Part shown: positions 1 to 8,553 of the stretch, piece by piece
Position numbering within the stretch: position 1 is the first letter of the stretch
Layout: each line of letters begins with the position of its first letter
IMG/VR virus record: IMGVR_UViG_3300010163_000003
Span: 64,001 to 128,000 of that record
Strand: one strand, 5' to 3'
Length of the DNA stretch: 64,000 bases
Origin: a virus
Lineage: Duplodnaviria; Caudoviricetes
The notes under the pieces: generated by a model
What the model saw: the letters and a program-made list of their open reading frames with translations, nothing else
Database searches by the model: none
What the model was told of the DNA's origin: nothing
Position numbers and translations under genes: made by a program

Positions 1-1
1 C

Positions 2-532
2 CCGTCAGAAATTCGCAGAGCATATAACAGTGCGCAATGGAAAGCAAAAGAAGACTGGTACGCCGAACAAGTTAACAATTTAGTTATTGGTGACATGCCT
101 ACTCCTGCTGAAGTACAAGGACTTGCATCTCAAATAGATGCTTTACTTTCTATGGCACGTATTGATTATGCCTATGTAGCTCAAGCGTACAATAGGTATT
201 CTATGCAGTTAAAAGCTGAAGAAAAACGGTTATTTGTTGACCTTAAACTTCAGCCTCCTACACAGTATGCTGGACTTAAGCTTACTGTAGACGAGATGAA
301 AGGTGTGGTAACATCTTGTCTCATGAATAATAAATGGGCTGGCACTCAGTACTCATTATATCAGCTTGTAGAAGAATCTAGCTCTCGTGATATATTTATG
401 GAGGCTGTCATTAAAACTCTTCAAGATAAAAAGGATCTCCTCATTACTCATAGTGGTATGCTGAAGATTGAAAATAGTCTTAGCGCTCTCTCGCCTAGTG
501 TACCAAAGGGAGGAAGTATTCCTAATGGATGA
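2..532 (+). CDS. Hypothetical helical protein, 5'-partial (possibly UvsY-like recombination mediator)
   Basis: Frame is open from position 2 (PSEIRRAYN...) into ORF 95..532. The UvsY-like call is a weak impression only. Confidence 0.55.
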   Translation, partial: PSEIRRAYNSAQWKAKEDWYAEQVNNLVIGDMPTPAEVQGLASQIDALLSMARIDYAYVAQAYNRYSMQLKAEEKRLFVDLKLQPPTQYAGLKLTVDEMKGVVTSCLMNNKWAGTQYSLYQLVEESSSRDIFMEAVIKTLQDKKDLLITHSGMLKIENSLSALSPSVPKGGSIPNG

Positions 533-701
533 CAGTATTCATGTTGAAATAACTCCAGATATGATATATATTGCAACTGAAAACTCTAGTAGAGCGCGTT
601 ACAATTTTGGGAACATTGCCTTTAATGATATAGAAAATCGCAAGAGCAGAATTATTGAAGCGTTTAGTAATTATGTTAGAAACTACTACAGGGGTAATTA
701 A
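525..701 (+). CDS. Small hypothetical protein (58 aa), paralogue of 704..898
   Basis: SD AAAGGGAGG precedes ATG at 525. C-terminal FSNYV motif is shared with the next ORF. Confidence 0.65.
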   Translation: MDDSIHVEITPDMIYIATENSSRARYNFGNIAFNDIENRKSRIIEAFSNYVRNYYRGN

Positions 702-703
702 GC

Positions 704-898
704 ATGGATATAACTATTACAATGGATGTCTGTCTTTCGCAAAAATATGTTAATGATAAAAGTCACGAGGTAAGAATTAAAGAAAGAAATCATGATTGGG
801 GATTTTATCGTATTCCTAATGATGATCTTGATAACATAGTTAAAATCTTTTCCGATTATGTTTATACTCATCTTAATGGAGTCAAGAATAATGTGTGA
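704..898 (+). CDS. Small hypothetical protein (64 aa)
   Basis: Tight operon packing; C-terminal FSDYV motif. Confidence 0.65.
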   Translation: MDITITMDVCLSQKYVNDKSHEVRIKERNHDWGFYRIPNDDLDNIVKIFSDYVYTHLNGVKNNV

Positions 899-1457
899 AT
901 ATTATGATATCTGTAAAAATAATCATAGTTGTTATAGATGTTTTAATCATGAGTTATTAAATATTAAAGGTAAAAGACATATGACTCGTATCACAAACAT
1001 CACAGAACCTCATGATTATAAAACATCTATGCGAGATGATTCATGGAAAGATCTTGAGCAACAAGTAGCTGATAAACTTAACAATGTTCCCACCATACAA
1101 GATGCAAGAAGGAGTAGAGCATCAGGCTCTTTATGGTTTGAGAAAGGCGATGTTGTTGACGCTATTCTTCATCCTGAATGTAAAGAACGTACAGGCAAAG
1201 AGTTAAAAACTGGCGAGAAGACCATGACTATTAAAAAGGAATGGCTTGAAAAAGCATCTAAAGAATGCGAACAAGAAGGTACAACAATGTGTTTACCTTT
1301 CAGGTTTAAAGGAGACAAAAATATATATTGTATCTTCAATAATAATGATATTGCTACTCTTATTACAACTATGAAATCATATATGCTTGACAATGAAACA
1401 AAAGATACAGAAATTAAGCAACTAAAAAAATTACTGGAGAATTATAAACATGAGTAA
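858..1457 (+). CDS. PD-(D/E)XK nuclease, Hjc-like Holliday junction resolvase with N-terminal Cys cluster (true start probably ATG 891)
   Basis: Motifs LEQQVA...ASGS...KGDV...ECKE; N-terminal C-x4-C-x4-C-x2-C. Confidence 0.6.
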   Translation: MFILILMESRIMCEYYDICKNNHSCYRCFNHELLNIKGKRHMTRITNITEPHDYKTSMRDDSWKDLEQQVADKLNNVPTIQDARRSRASGSLWFEKGDVVDAILHPECKERTGKELKTGEKTMTIKKEWLEKASKECEQEGTTMCLPFRFKGDKNIYCIFNNNDIATLITTMKSYMLDNETKDTEIKQLKKLLENYKHE

Positions 1458-1485
1458 TAGCTTTCATGAATTTGGAGAATAACAA

Positions 1486-2703
1486 ATGGAATACGTTGCA
1501 TTGTATCAAAAATATAGACCTGATTCGTTTGATATGATATATGGTCAAGAGCCTATCGTTAATACTCTAACAAGTCAGATAGTAAATAATCGTATATTCC
1601 ATTCATATCTTTTTAGTGGTCCAAGAGGAACTGGCAAAACTACTGTAGCAAAATTATTTGCTAAAGCTATTAATTGCAGTGCTCCATTTAAAGCTAATCC
1701 TTGTGGTAAATGTTCTTCATGCATTAATACACAACAAGGAACGAATATAGACATAGTGGAAATAGATGCTGCATCAAACAATGGCGTAGATAACATTAGA
1801 GCAATCATTGAAGAATCTAGATATATGCCTCAGTTTGGTAAGTATAAAGTATATATCATAGACGAAGCTCATATGTTATCAGCTTCTGCTTATAATGCAT
1901 TGCTTAAAACTCTTGAAGAACCACCATCCAATGTTGTATTTATATTGGCAACTACAGAATGTCATAAGATTCCTGCTACAATATTTTCTCGTTGTCAGCA
2001 TTTTACCTTTAGGCTTATACCAGAATATGATATTGTAAATTGTCTAAAATTTATATGCATTAATGAAAGTGTACAATACGACATAAAAGCTTTGCAATAT
2101 ATTGCAAAGCTTGCTAATGGTGGTATGAGAAATGCAATTAGTATGCTTGATCAATGTATAGGTCTTAATCGAGATAGTGTTGACTTATGTATAGTAGAAC
2201 AGTTATTTGAAACAGTGGATTCTGATGTGATATCATCTATTATATCTTATATCAATAATAAAGATAGCGTCTCTATCTTTAAGATACTAGATAAGCAAAT
2301 GGAATTTGGCAAGGATCTTCTTTCATTATGTTCTAAACTGTATGATGCATATAAAGAACAACTTATGTTCAATCAAAACAATCCTCTTTTCCAACGCAAC
2401 ACTAAGATACTTGGAGAAATGGAAGAAAGAATGAAATGGAATAAGAGTCGTACTACTTTTGAAGTAGGTATATTAAAATTATGTGAACCAACTGCTAGTG
2501 ATAATTATGAATCATTGTCAGCAAAAATAAATGGAATTGAGAACACATTGAAAACTTTGATTAATAATATTGCTAGCGCAGGTACACCATTTAATGTGTC
2601 TAATAATCTTATTCCCAGAAATGAAACAAAAACTAAAATTGAAGAGTTTTGTCTCAAATATGGGATTAAGAAAACTAGAAACAAACACTTGATTATTTAC
2701 TAG
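1486..2703 (+). CDS. dnaX: DNA polymerase III gamma/tau clamp-loader subunit
   Basis: LYQKYRP, Walker A GPRGTGKT, Zn motif C..PCGKCSSC, EIDAASN, IIDEAHML, SRC motif. Confidence 0.95.
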   Translation: MEYVALYQKYRPDSFDMIYGQEPIVNTLTSQIVNNRIFHSYLFSGPRGTGKTTVAKLFAKAINCSAPFKANPCGKCSSCINTQQGTNIDIVEIDAASNNGVDNIRAIIEESRYMPQFGKYKVYIIDEAHMLSASAYNALLKTLEEPPSNVVFILATTECHKIPATIFSRCQHFTFRLIPEYDIVNCLKFICINESVQYDIKALQYIAKLANGGMRNAISMLDQCIGLNRDSVDLCIVEQLFETVDSDVISSIISYINNKDSVSIFKILDKQMEFGKDLLSLCSKLYDAYKEQLMFNQNNPLFQRNTKILGEMEERMKWNKSRTTFEVGILKLCEPTASDNYESLSAKINGIENTLKTLINNIASAGTPFNVSNNLIPRNETKTKIEEFCLKYGIKKTRNKHLIIY

Positions 2704-2711
2704 GAGGAACT

Positions 2712-3152
2712 ATGAAAGATGGTATAACATTATCTCCACGACATGGAGTCAATCCATCAATTACAAAATGCTTCTGGTGTGGAGAAGATATAGGCGTTAA
2801 ATTATTTGGTAAGATCGGGAAGAATGATGACGAAGCTCCACGTCATATCATCGTAAATTATGAGCCATGTAACAAATGCAAAGAAGCATTTAAGCAAGGA
2901 ATCTTAATGATTGGCGTGTCTGAGGACCAAGTCATTGATAACATGCCTCCAATCAGTGAGTCTTGCGGCGTTAAATTATATCCTACTGGAGCGCATGCTG
3001 TCGTTACAGAAGACTTTGCTAAGTTTATCTTTAAGGATATTCCAAAAGAAGAACTGGATACAATCCTTAAAGCAAGAAAGGTATTAATGCCTTCAGAACA
3101 TGTGATACAATTATTAAAAGCGTTAGAAGTTAATGAGGAGGAAAACAAATGA
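2712..3152 (+). CDS. Hypothetical zinc-finger protein
   Basis: CFWC...CNKC; SD AGGAGG. Confidence 0.7.
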   Translation: MKDGITLSPRHGVNPSITKCFWCGEDIGVKLFGKIGKNDDEAPRHIIVNYEPCNKCKEAFKQGILMIGVSEDQVIDNMPPISESCGVKLYPTGAHAVVTEDFAKFIFKDIPKEELDTILKARKVLMPSEHVIQLLKALEVNEEENK

Positions 3153-4264
3153 TAATCATTCCTGCAAGTTATGAAGTATACTCTAACCCCGATCCTCTCA
3201 AGAAAATTGAGAGGATCGCACGAATATGCTACAAATCAGAGGATAAGATTTGCGAAGGTTCTGACATTAAAATGATTAAGAACCTGGTAAAGCGTCAGCA
3301 TTATGCGATGCTTGAACATGCTTCTGTATGCGTTGAAGTTAATCCTGAACTGTATAACGATGTAATGAATTCATTGGATTACACGGAACATACTTTGTAT
3401 GATAGTACCTTCTTCTATAGCTTCAAGAAGACAAGGAAACCTTATCTGCTGTTTACTCATTTACATACTCAGAACGAAAACTTAAAAGATCATTACGTTA
3501 TCTCTGGGAATATACGCGCATGGCTTGAAGCATTTGAAATGATGGCAAAAGAGTTTGGAATACCAGAAGCGCTCTATAATGTTATAGTAGAAGCTACTGG
3601 TGGCGAAGATGGCCCTATTGCATTTTCTCGTCCACGCTATGAAGAGCTTGCTAATAGTAAAAATATATTTGCTGACTATAGCTCGAAGCATTCTAATGGT
3701 GGCTATCAGTATTGTGCGCTAATTGAAGATGTAACTAAACTAACGCCACAAGAACGCATAGTTCATGAAGATATGACAGTAATATTTACAGTTGACCGTG
3801 GCGTAGCTCATGAACTTGTGCGTATGCGCGATTGTTCTTTCGCTCAAGAATCTACTCGCTATTGCAATTATGCTAGCGATAAGTTTGGTTCAAACATTAC
3901 TTTTATTAAACCATTTGAGTTCGATAATAAATCACATGAGTATTGGATATGGAGTAATACTATGAAATCGATAGAATCATCATATCTTGCACTCATTGAT
4001 AACGGGATTAAACCACAAATGGCACGTTCTATCCTTCCTAACTCTGTAAAATCAACAATAGCCGTGACTACTAACTTGAGAGAATGGCGACACATATTTA
4101 ACTTACGCGCTTGTGACGCTACAGGGCCTGCTCATCCTCAAATGAAAGAAGTAATGATTCCTCTCTTTAAAGAGGTTAGAAGTACATATCTTTTTGCTTT
4201 TACTGGCTTAAAGTTACCTGGAGAAGAAAATGAAAGTGTTAAAAATAATATGGAAGATAATTAA
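3149..4264 (+). CDS. thyX: FAD-dependent thymidylate synthase, extended form
   Basis: ARICYKS, HYAMLEH, R(M)RDCSFAQESTRY, ARSILP, TNLREWRH, AHPQM. Confidence 0.9.
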   Translation: MIIIPASYEVYSNPDPLKKIERIARICYKSEDKICEGSDIKMIKNLVKRQHYAMLEHASVCVEVNPELYNDVMNSLDYTEHTLYDSTFFYSFKKTRKPYLLFTHLHTQNENLKDHYVISGNIRAWLEAFEMMAKEFGIPEALYNVIVEATGGEDGPIAFSRPRYEELANSKNIFADYSSKHSNGGYQYCALIEDVTKLTPQERIVHEDMTVIFTVDRGVAHELVRMRDCSFAQESTRYCNYASDKFGSNITFIKPFEFDNKSHEYWIWSNTMKSIESSYLALIDNGIKPQMARSILPNSVKSTIAVTTNLREWRHIFNLRACDATGPAHPQMKEVMIPLFKEVRSTYLFAFTGLKLPGEENESVKNNMEDN

Positions 4265-4448
4265 ATTTCTTCTAGGAGTTATATCATTTTGTGGCATGTG
4301 GTTTATAATAATAACACATGATTTCCCAAATGAATATAATGCTTCAATTGCAATGCTCTTATGCGCATGCATTACTGTTTTCTTACTAATATTGCCCAGT
4401 GATTTTCTTGATTGTATAGAATTTTATCGAGTTAAATGGCCTAAATGA
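4230..4448 (+). CDS. Small membrane protein (two predicted TM helices)
   Basis: Two hydrophobic stretches. Confidence 0.6.
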   Translation: MKVLKIIWKIIKFLLGVISFCGMWFIIITHDFPNEYNASIAMLLCACITVFLLILPSDFLDCIEFYRVKWPK

Positions 4449-4461
4449 ATCTTAAAAAAGC

Positions 4462-4490
4462 TTGATAAAGTTACAGTTTTGTGATATCAT
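4462..4490 (+). promoter_or_regulatory. Sigma-A-type promoter for spoVG
   Basis: TTGATA-17 nt-TATCAT with TG extended -10. Confidence 0.55.
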
Positions 4491-4522
4491 ATTATTATCT
4501 TGTTAAGGAGGCTTAAGCCAAT

Positions 4523-4810
4523 ATGAATATCACAGACGTTCGTATGAAATTAATCGACAACGACACAAAGATGAAGGCTGTGGCTTCCATTACTATCGAC
4601 GGAGCTTTCGTAGTTCACGATATTCGCGTGATTGATGGCGATAAAGGTTGCTTCGTTGCTATGCCTTCCAAGCGTGATAGTGATGGAACTCATAGGGATA
4701 TTTGTCATCCTATCAATGGCGAGACTCGTCAGATGATTAAGGATCTTGTACTTAATAAGTATGATGAGATTTGTGCGTTGGAACACGATGAAAATCAGGA
4801 CGAAGACTAA
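4523..4810 (+). CDS. spoVG: SpoVG septation/sporulation regulator (nucleic-acid binding)
   Basis: MNITDVR...MKAVASITID..FVVHDIRVIDG..G.FVAMPS...RDICHPI; SD AAGGAGG. Confidence 0.95.
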   Translation: MNITDVRMKLIDNDTKMKAVASITIDGAFVVHDIRVIDGDKGCFVAMPSKRDSDGTHRDICHPINGETRQMIKDLVLNKYDEICALEHDENQDED

Positions 4811-4820
4811 CCATTAGATA

Positions 4821-4854
4821 GGCGCTCCCCTTACGGGGAGCGCCATTTCGTTTT
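4821..4854 (+). terminator. Rho-independent terminator after spoVG
   Basis: GGCGCTCCCC-TTAC-GGGGAGCGCC followed by ATTTCGTTTT. Confidence 0.8.
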
Positions 4855-4867
4855 AGGAGATGATAAT

Positions 4868-5059
4868 ATGTTTGGCGAGAAACAAACTGTTAGTCAAGTA
4901 TACACTAGCTCATTCGATGGACCAGTTGAAGTAGATTACAATACTGGTGTATATAAGGCGGCACAAAATCAAGGAGCCGCTTTTAATGAAGAAGGGCTAA
5001 AAGATGTAACTTTCCATAAAACAAAAAAAGGTGTATCAAAAGCATTGGATAATTTTTAG
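4868..5059 (+). CDS. Hypothetical protein (63 aa)
   Basis: SD AGGAG upstream. Confidence 0.6.
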   Translation: MFGEKQTVSQVYTSSFDGPVEVDYNTGVYKAAQNQGAAFNEEGLKDVTFHKTKKGVSKALDNF

Positions 5060-5087
5060 TGACAATATGAAGTAAGTATGATATAAT
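5059..5087 (+). promoter_or_regulatory. Sigma-A-type promoter
   Basis: GTGACA-17 nt-TATAAT with TG extension. Confidence 0.6.
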
Positions 5088-5119
5088 GATTTAAAATAAT
5101 ATAAGGAGGGTGCTCTTTA

Positions 5120-5305
5120 ATGAAGCAACCTAAAAAACTTACTAGAAATCAAAAAATTATACTTACCAAAAACGGAATGGATGCTAATTCTTATATGTTG
5201 TTAGAAGATAGCAATGACAGATTTACTGTAGTAATGAAACCAGAATATGATGTAAGACGAACTATAAAGTATACTGGCGAACGGTCAGGTATATTATTAA
5301 CATAA
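5120..5305 (+). CDS. Small phage protein (MKQPKKLTR..QK N-terminus, DUF6906-like)
   Basis: SD AAGGAGG. N-terminal motif recalled from clostridial phages. Confidence 0.6.
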   Translation: MKQPKKLTRNQKIILTKNGMDANSYMLLEDSNDRFTVVMKPEYDVRRTIKYTGERSGILLT

Positions 5306-5310
5306 AATCT

Positions 5311-5352
5311 TTAGGGGGAGGACGCTGCAATATTGCAGCGTCCTCCCCCTAA
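5311..5352. terminator. Perfect 42-bp palindrome; probable bidirectional terminator
   Basis: TTAGGGGGAGGACGCTGCAA-TA-TTGCAGCGTCCTCCCCCTAA between convergent gene blocks, with T-rich tails on both strands. Confidence 0.8.
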
Positions 5353-5357
5353 CTTTT

Positions 5358-5711
5358 TTAAACGTTATTAGATGTGGCTATTTCTTCAACTTTCTCTTTG
5401 CTTGCTTTACTAGCAAGTATGTTCTTCATGTCATTTAATGCATCTTCTATTATTTCCGTAAGCTGTGCCTCTGTAAAGAAGAAAGTTATAATAGGAAATG
5501 CTTCATGTAAATAGCTATATACTTCTGCAAACTTAATACGTCCTGTATTACTGCCCCATGCTTCTTCTGCTGTAGATACAGCATATAAAGCTGCTTTAAC
5601 AAGTAATCCACGCCTATTCCTAAATATAGCTACCAATAAACCAGTGATTATTACTATCGTGCATACGAACATTGCAGGCTCCTTGAACATTTCTAAATTC
5701 ATTATACTCAC
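5358..5711 (-). CDS. Holin, LL-H-like family
   Basis: N-terminal TM helix, then AV..AE..WG..TG..K...V and LTEIIEDAL. Confidence 0.7.
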   Translation of the reverse strand: MSIMNLEMFKEPAMFVCTIVIITGLLVAIFRNRRGLLVKAALYAVSTAEEAWGSNTGRIKFAEVYSYLHEAFPIITFFFTEAQLTEIIEDALNDMKNILASKASKEKVEEIATSNNV

Positions 5712-6706
5712 TCCTTAATATTTTTCATAGCTATTGCTTGTGCTTGTAACTTACGAACAGCTCTTTTCTTGTGTTCATTAATGGTAGACCTGTGACTACC
5801 ATACATCTTTCCTATTTCTATATCGGTCTTTTCTTCTATAAAGCTTAGTACTATTAATTCTCTTTCATAAGGAGTAAGGCATTCAAATAACTCACTACAT
5901 GTTACACCACTTGTCCAGTTAAAATTTAAGCAATTAACATCGTATGCGCTAAGATTTTCTGGTTCTTTCATTGTAAGTTTATCTGTACTCTTTATATCGT
6001 TACGTCTACTTTCTTCTGTAATTATCCTATCTATTTTCTTTGCAGTAGTATCGTCTTTAACAAAGATTTCATCTTGATGGTCTTCATCCATGTCATCAAA
6101 TTGATCTCTTAGGTTTAATACATTTAAATGAACAAGAGGGTCTTTAATTAGTTTAGATAAAAATCTATAAGCTTCCCAATGAAAGCATTTAGATACATAC
6201 ATATGAAACGTACCATTCTTTTTATGGTATATCTCACCTTCATGAGTTATTTTATATTTATTAGCCATGTTCAATAAAGCAAGGACTAATTCATTGTATA
6301 TGTCACTATAATCATATCTATCAAAAAGAGTTTTAATCTTAACACAAGTAAGAGAAAATACTTTCTTCTTCTCTTCCTTTGGTAGTTTTCTTACTGACTT
6401 ATCTATAAATAGAGAAACAAATGAAGATATTGTTGGGCTTACTCTTGTTATTACTTTCCCGCCTTTTGAAGTATATGTAGTGTAAGGTAGATTACCTAAT
6501 TTGATAAATTTCGCATACTTACTTATGAAAGGATGGAACACTTTGATTATATACTCTGTAGCTTCTCTGCTGCCGTCCTTGTACCGAACAAGATTCAACT
6601 GTAACTGTTGATAATCTTGTTCGGTAAAGTAGACATCTTCATTAGGGCCATGAATTGGCTCGTATTCTTTATCTATCTTATTAATAAAGTATTGTTCGCC
6701 AATCAT
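5708..6706 (-). CDS. Phage RNA polymerase sigma-70-family factor
   Basis: Region 2-like DIYNELVLALL...Y...TFHMY; region 4 HTH LTPYERELI...TDIEIGKMYG.HRSTI..HKKRAVRKL. Confidence 0.8.
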   Translation of the reverse strand: MIGEQYFINKIDKEYEPIHGPNEDVYFTEQDYQQLQLNLVRYKDGSREATEYIIKVFHPFISKYAKFIKLGNLPYTTYTSKGGKVITRVSPTISSFVSLFIDKSVRKLPKEEKKKVFSLTCVKIKTLFDRYDYSDIYNELVLALLNMANKYKITHEGEIYHKKNGTFHMYVSKCFHWEAYRFLSKLIKDPLVHLNVLNLRDQFDDMDEDHQDEIFVKDDTTAKKIDRIITEESRRNDIKSTDKLTMKEPENLSAYDVNCLNFNWTSGVTCSELFECLTPYERELIVLSFIEEKTDIEIGKMYGSHRSTINEHKKRAVRKLQAQAIAMKNIKE

Positions 6707-6720
6707 GGCAGCACCGTCCC

Positions 6721-7248
6721 TTAAGGCTGAAGAGAATGAATATAAGCAACACCAATAGATATTGCATCGTATATATCACTAGTCTTGTTTTTATTCTGCT
6801 TGTCACTATAAGGGCCGATTGCTTGTATAATTTGATTGTCTTCTCCAAATATGTTTATTACCTGTTTTGCTACTTCTTCTTTAGTGGCATTACCCTTTAA
6901 GCCAAACAGTAAACGTATTTGAGTAGGTAACATATGTATCACAGGCCATCCTGGTCTAAGGAATGTACCCATAATCGCTCCACGTAACGTTGCCAGTTGT
7001 AATCCTGTTTTAAGATTTCGACCAGAGAACCCATCTTCCAAAACAATAGTGTCTACATCATTCTCCACTGCGAAATAATATAGCTCATCTATTATCTGCT
7101 TGATACGTTCATCTGTAGTATTTTTAGAAGAAGTAGTAATTCTATTTACCTCTTCTAACTCACAACGATTCTTGTTTATAGCTCTTCTTATGATAACTGC
7201 ACCAGTTGAGGATAATGACGGATCAATAGCAAGTATCTTGTTGTTCAT
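6721..7248 (-). CDS. ruvC: RuvC-like Holliday junction resolvase
   Basis: ILAIDPSLSSTG, VLED, GNATKEEV, DIYDAISI. Confidence 0.85.
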   Translation of the reverse strand: MNNKILAIDPSLSSTGAVIIRRAINKNRCELEEVNRITTSSKNTTDERIKQIIDELYYFAVENDVDTIVLEDGFSGRNLKTGLQLATLRGAIMGTFLRPGWPVIHMLPTQIRLLFGLKGNATKEEVAKQVINIFGEDNQIIQAIGPYSDKQNKNKTSDIYDAISIGVAYIHSLQP

Positions 7249-7251
7249 ACG

Positions 7252-7401
7252 TTACTCCTTTATAGTAAACAAAGGCGTTTGTTTATCATCGTCAGGTTTC
7301 TTAAAGTTGTCATTGATATGCTTTGCTATATTATCTGATACAATGGTTTCATTGTTATCTGTAATTTCAAGAGAACCACCATTGATATTCATTTTCATCA
7401 T
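7252..7401 (-). CDS. Small hypothetical protein (49 aa; not in ORF track)
   Basis: MMKMNINGGSLEIT...TIKE* fills the gap between flanking genes and has an SD. Confidence 0.55.
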   Translation of the reverse strand: MMKMNINGGSLEITDNNETIVSDNIAKHINDNFKKPDDDKQTPLFTIKE

Positions 7402-7406
7402 ATATA

Positions 7407-8174
7407 TCACCCTAGTTTTGAATGGCATACGTTACGATACTCACAATGATAACATCGTTTATCAGGCGATACGCATCTGATATTATTATGCAGACATAAT
7501 ACTGTACCATATACAGTATCTTTAAGCAACTGAATATCTTTCTCGGATCTGTAACTTGCAATTACTTTTTTCTTATAAATGTCTACATACAATAATTCAA
7601 ATTGATCTACATTGAATGACTCTTTAAAGGCATAAGCTGCCGCAGATAATTCAATGTCATGATTCATTTGACCTACCATTGCAAACCTGTTATTTTCAGA
7701 ATTGAATTTCATAACCTGAATTGATTTAGTGCCATCAGAATTTGTTACTTCCCTAACATATTCCCATATGCCTTTCAAGATAATGTTATGACCTATGTCA
7801 ACAGCATATGGTTTATTTATTATAATAGGGAACTGTGGTATATTCATAAGCTCTTCAAAGGTTATGATAGCGTCAATACCAGCTTTACGTTTAGCATCAT
7901 ATGTATCTCTTATGTACGAAGAAGGAGTGCATATTAATTGTGAATTAGTTTTTGTCTTAACCCATTGTTTGCCCCATTGGTACTTTAAGAACTTCATATT
8001 GTCCTTTAAAGTACCATCTCTTAGTGCATAGAGATAATTGTAGAAAACTTTATGCAAACTGATATCGTATAACTCTTTTAAGTTATACTCATTTGGATCT
8101 TCTTTTTTAATATCATAATACCTAGGACACCAGCAGAAGTCAACTACGTCCTTTATTTGGATTTCTTTGTGCAC
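7407..8174 (-). CDS. Cas4/AddB-like PD-(D/E)XK-fold protein with Cys 'staple', catalytic motif degenerate
   Basis: N-terminal CPRYY and C-terminal CYHCEYRNVC. Confidence 0.7.
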   Translation of the reverse strand: MHKEIQIKDVVDFCWCPRYYDIKKEDPNEYNLKELYDISLHKVFYNYLYALRDGTLKDNMKFLKYQWGKQWVKTKTNSQLICTPSSYIRDTYDAKRKAGIDAIITFEELMNIPQFPIIINKPYAVDIGHNIILKGIWEYVREVTNSDGTKSIQVMKFNSENNRFAMVGQMNHDIELSAAAYAFKESFNVDQFELLYVDIYKKKVIASYRSEKDIQLLKDTVYGTVLCLHNNIRCVSPDKRCYHCEYRNVCHSKLG

Positions 8175-8493
8175 GCATACTCACTGGCCTTCCAAGCTGT
8201 GGCTTACCGTCTTTTCGTTCAGCTAACAGTCCGGGAGTCTGTCTATCAACTAAGTCCCATATTTCCTGTTCGCATTTCCAATGAATATGCCATTTGAATT
8301 CATGCTTTCTAATCTTAGGATCAGTGCTGAAATCTTCAGGATACATAGGTTGACCACAATGCTGACAGATAATAACCTCTCCGGGTTTAGGAGGTGGCGG
8401 AACCATATAGTTTCTTCCTTTTGCCTTTTCTTCTTCAGTAAGGTAAGCACTATTGGCTGCAACAAATCTTGCTAAGTTTTCTGAGTCAGGCAT
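8140..8493 (-). CDS. Hypothetical zinc-ribbon protein
   Basis: CQHC...HWKC; SD AAGGAGG. Confidence 0.7.
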   Translation of the reverse strand: MPDSENLARFVAANSAYLTEEEKAKGRNYMVPPPPKPGEVIICQHCGQPMYPEDFSTDPKIRKHEFKWHIHWKCEQEIWDLVDRQTPGLLAERKDGKPQLGRPVSMRAQRNPNKGRS

Positions 8494-8524
8494 ATGAATA
8501 GCCTCCTTCAGTATTTGTAATTAT

Positions 8525-8553
8525 ATTATATCAGAAAAATTTTCACTTAACAA
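8525..8553 (-). promoter_or_regulatory. Sigma-A-type promoter
   Basis: TTGTTA-17 nt-TATAAT with TG extension on the minus strand. Confidence 0.5.

Noticed and set aside
1486-2703. Programmed gamma/tau frameshift in dnaX
   Set aside because: No A-AAA-AAG-type slippery site with a downstream hairpin was seen, and the ORF is already gamma-sized.
5311-5352. Firm call as a protelomerase (hairpin telomere) site
   Set aside because: No protelomerase gene in the window, and the convergent-gene context with T-tails is adequately explained by termination.
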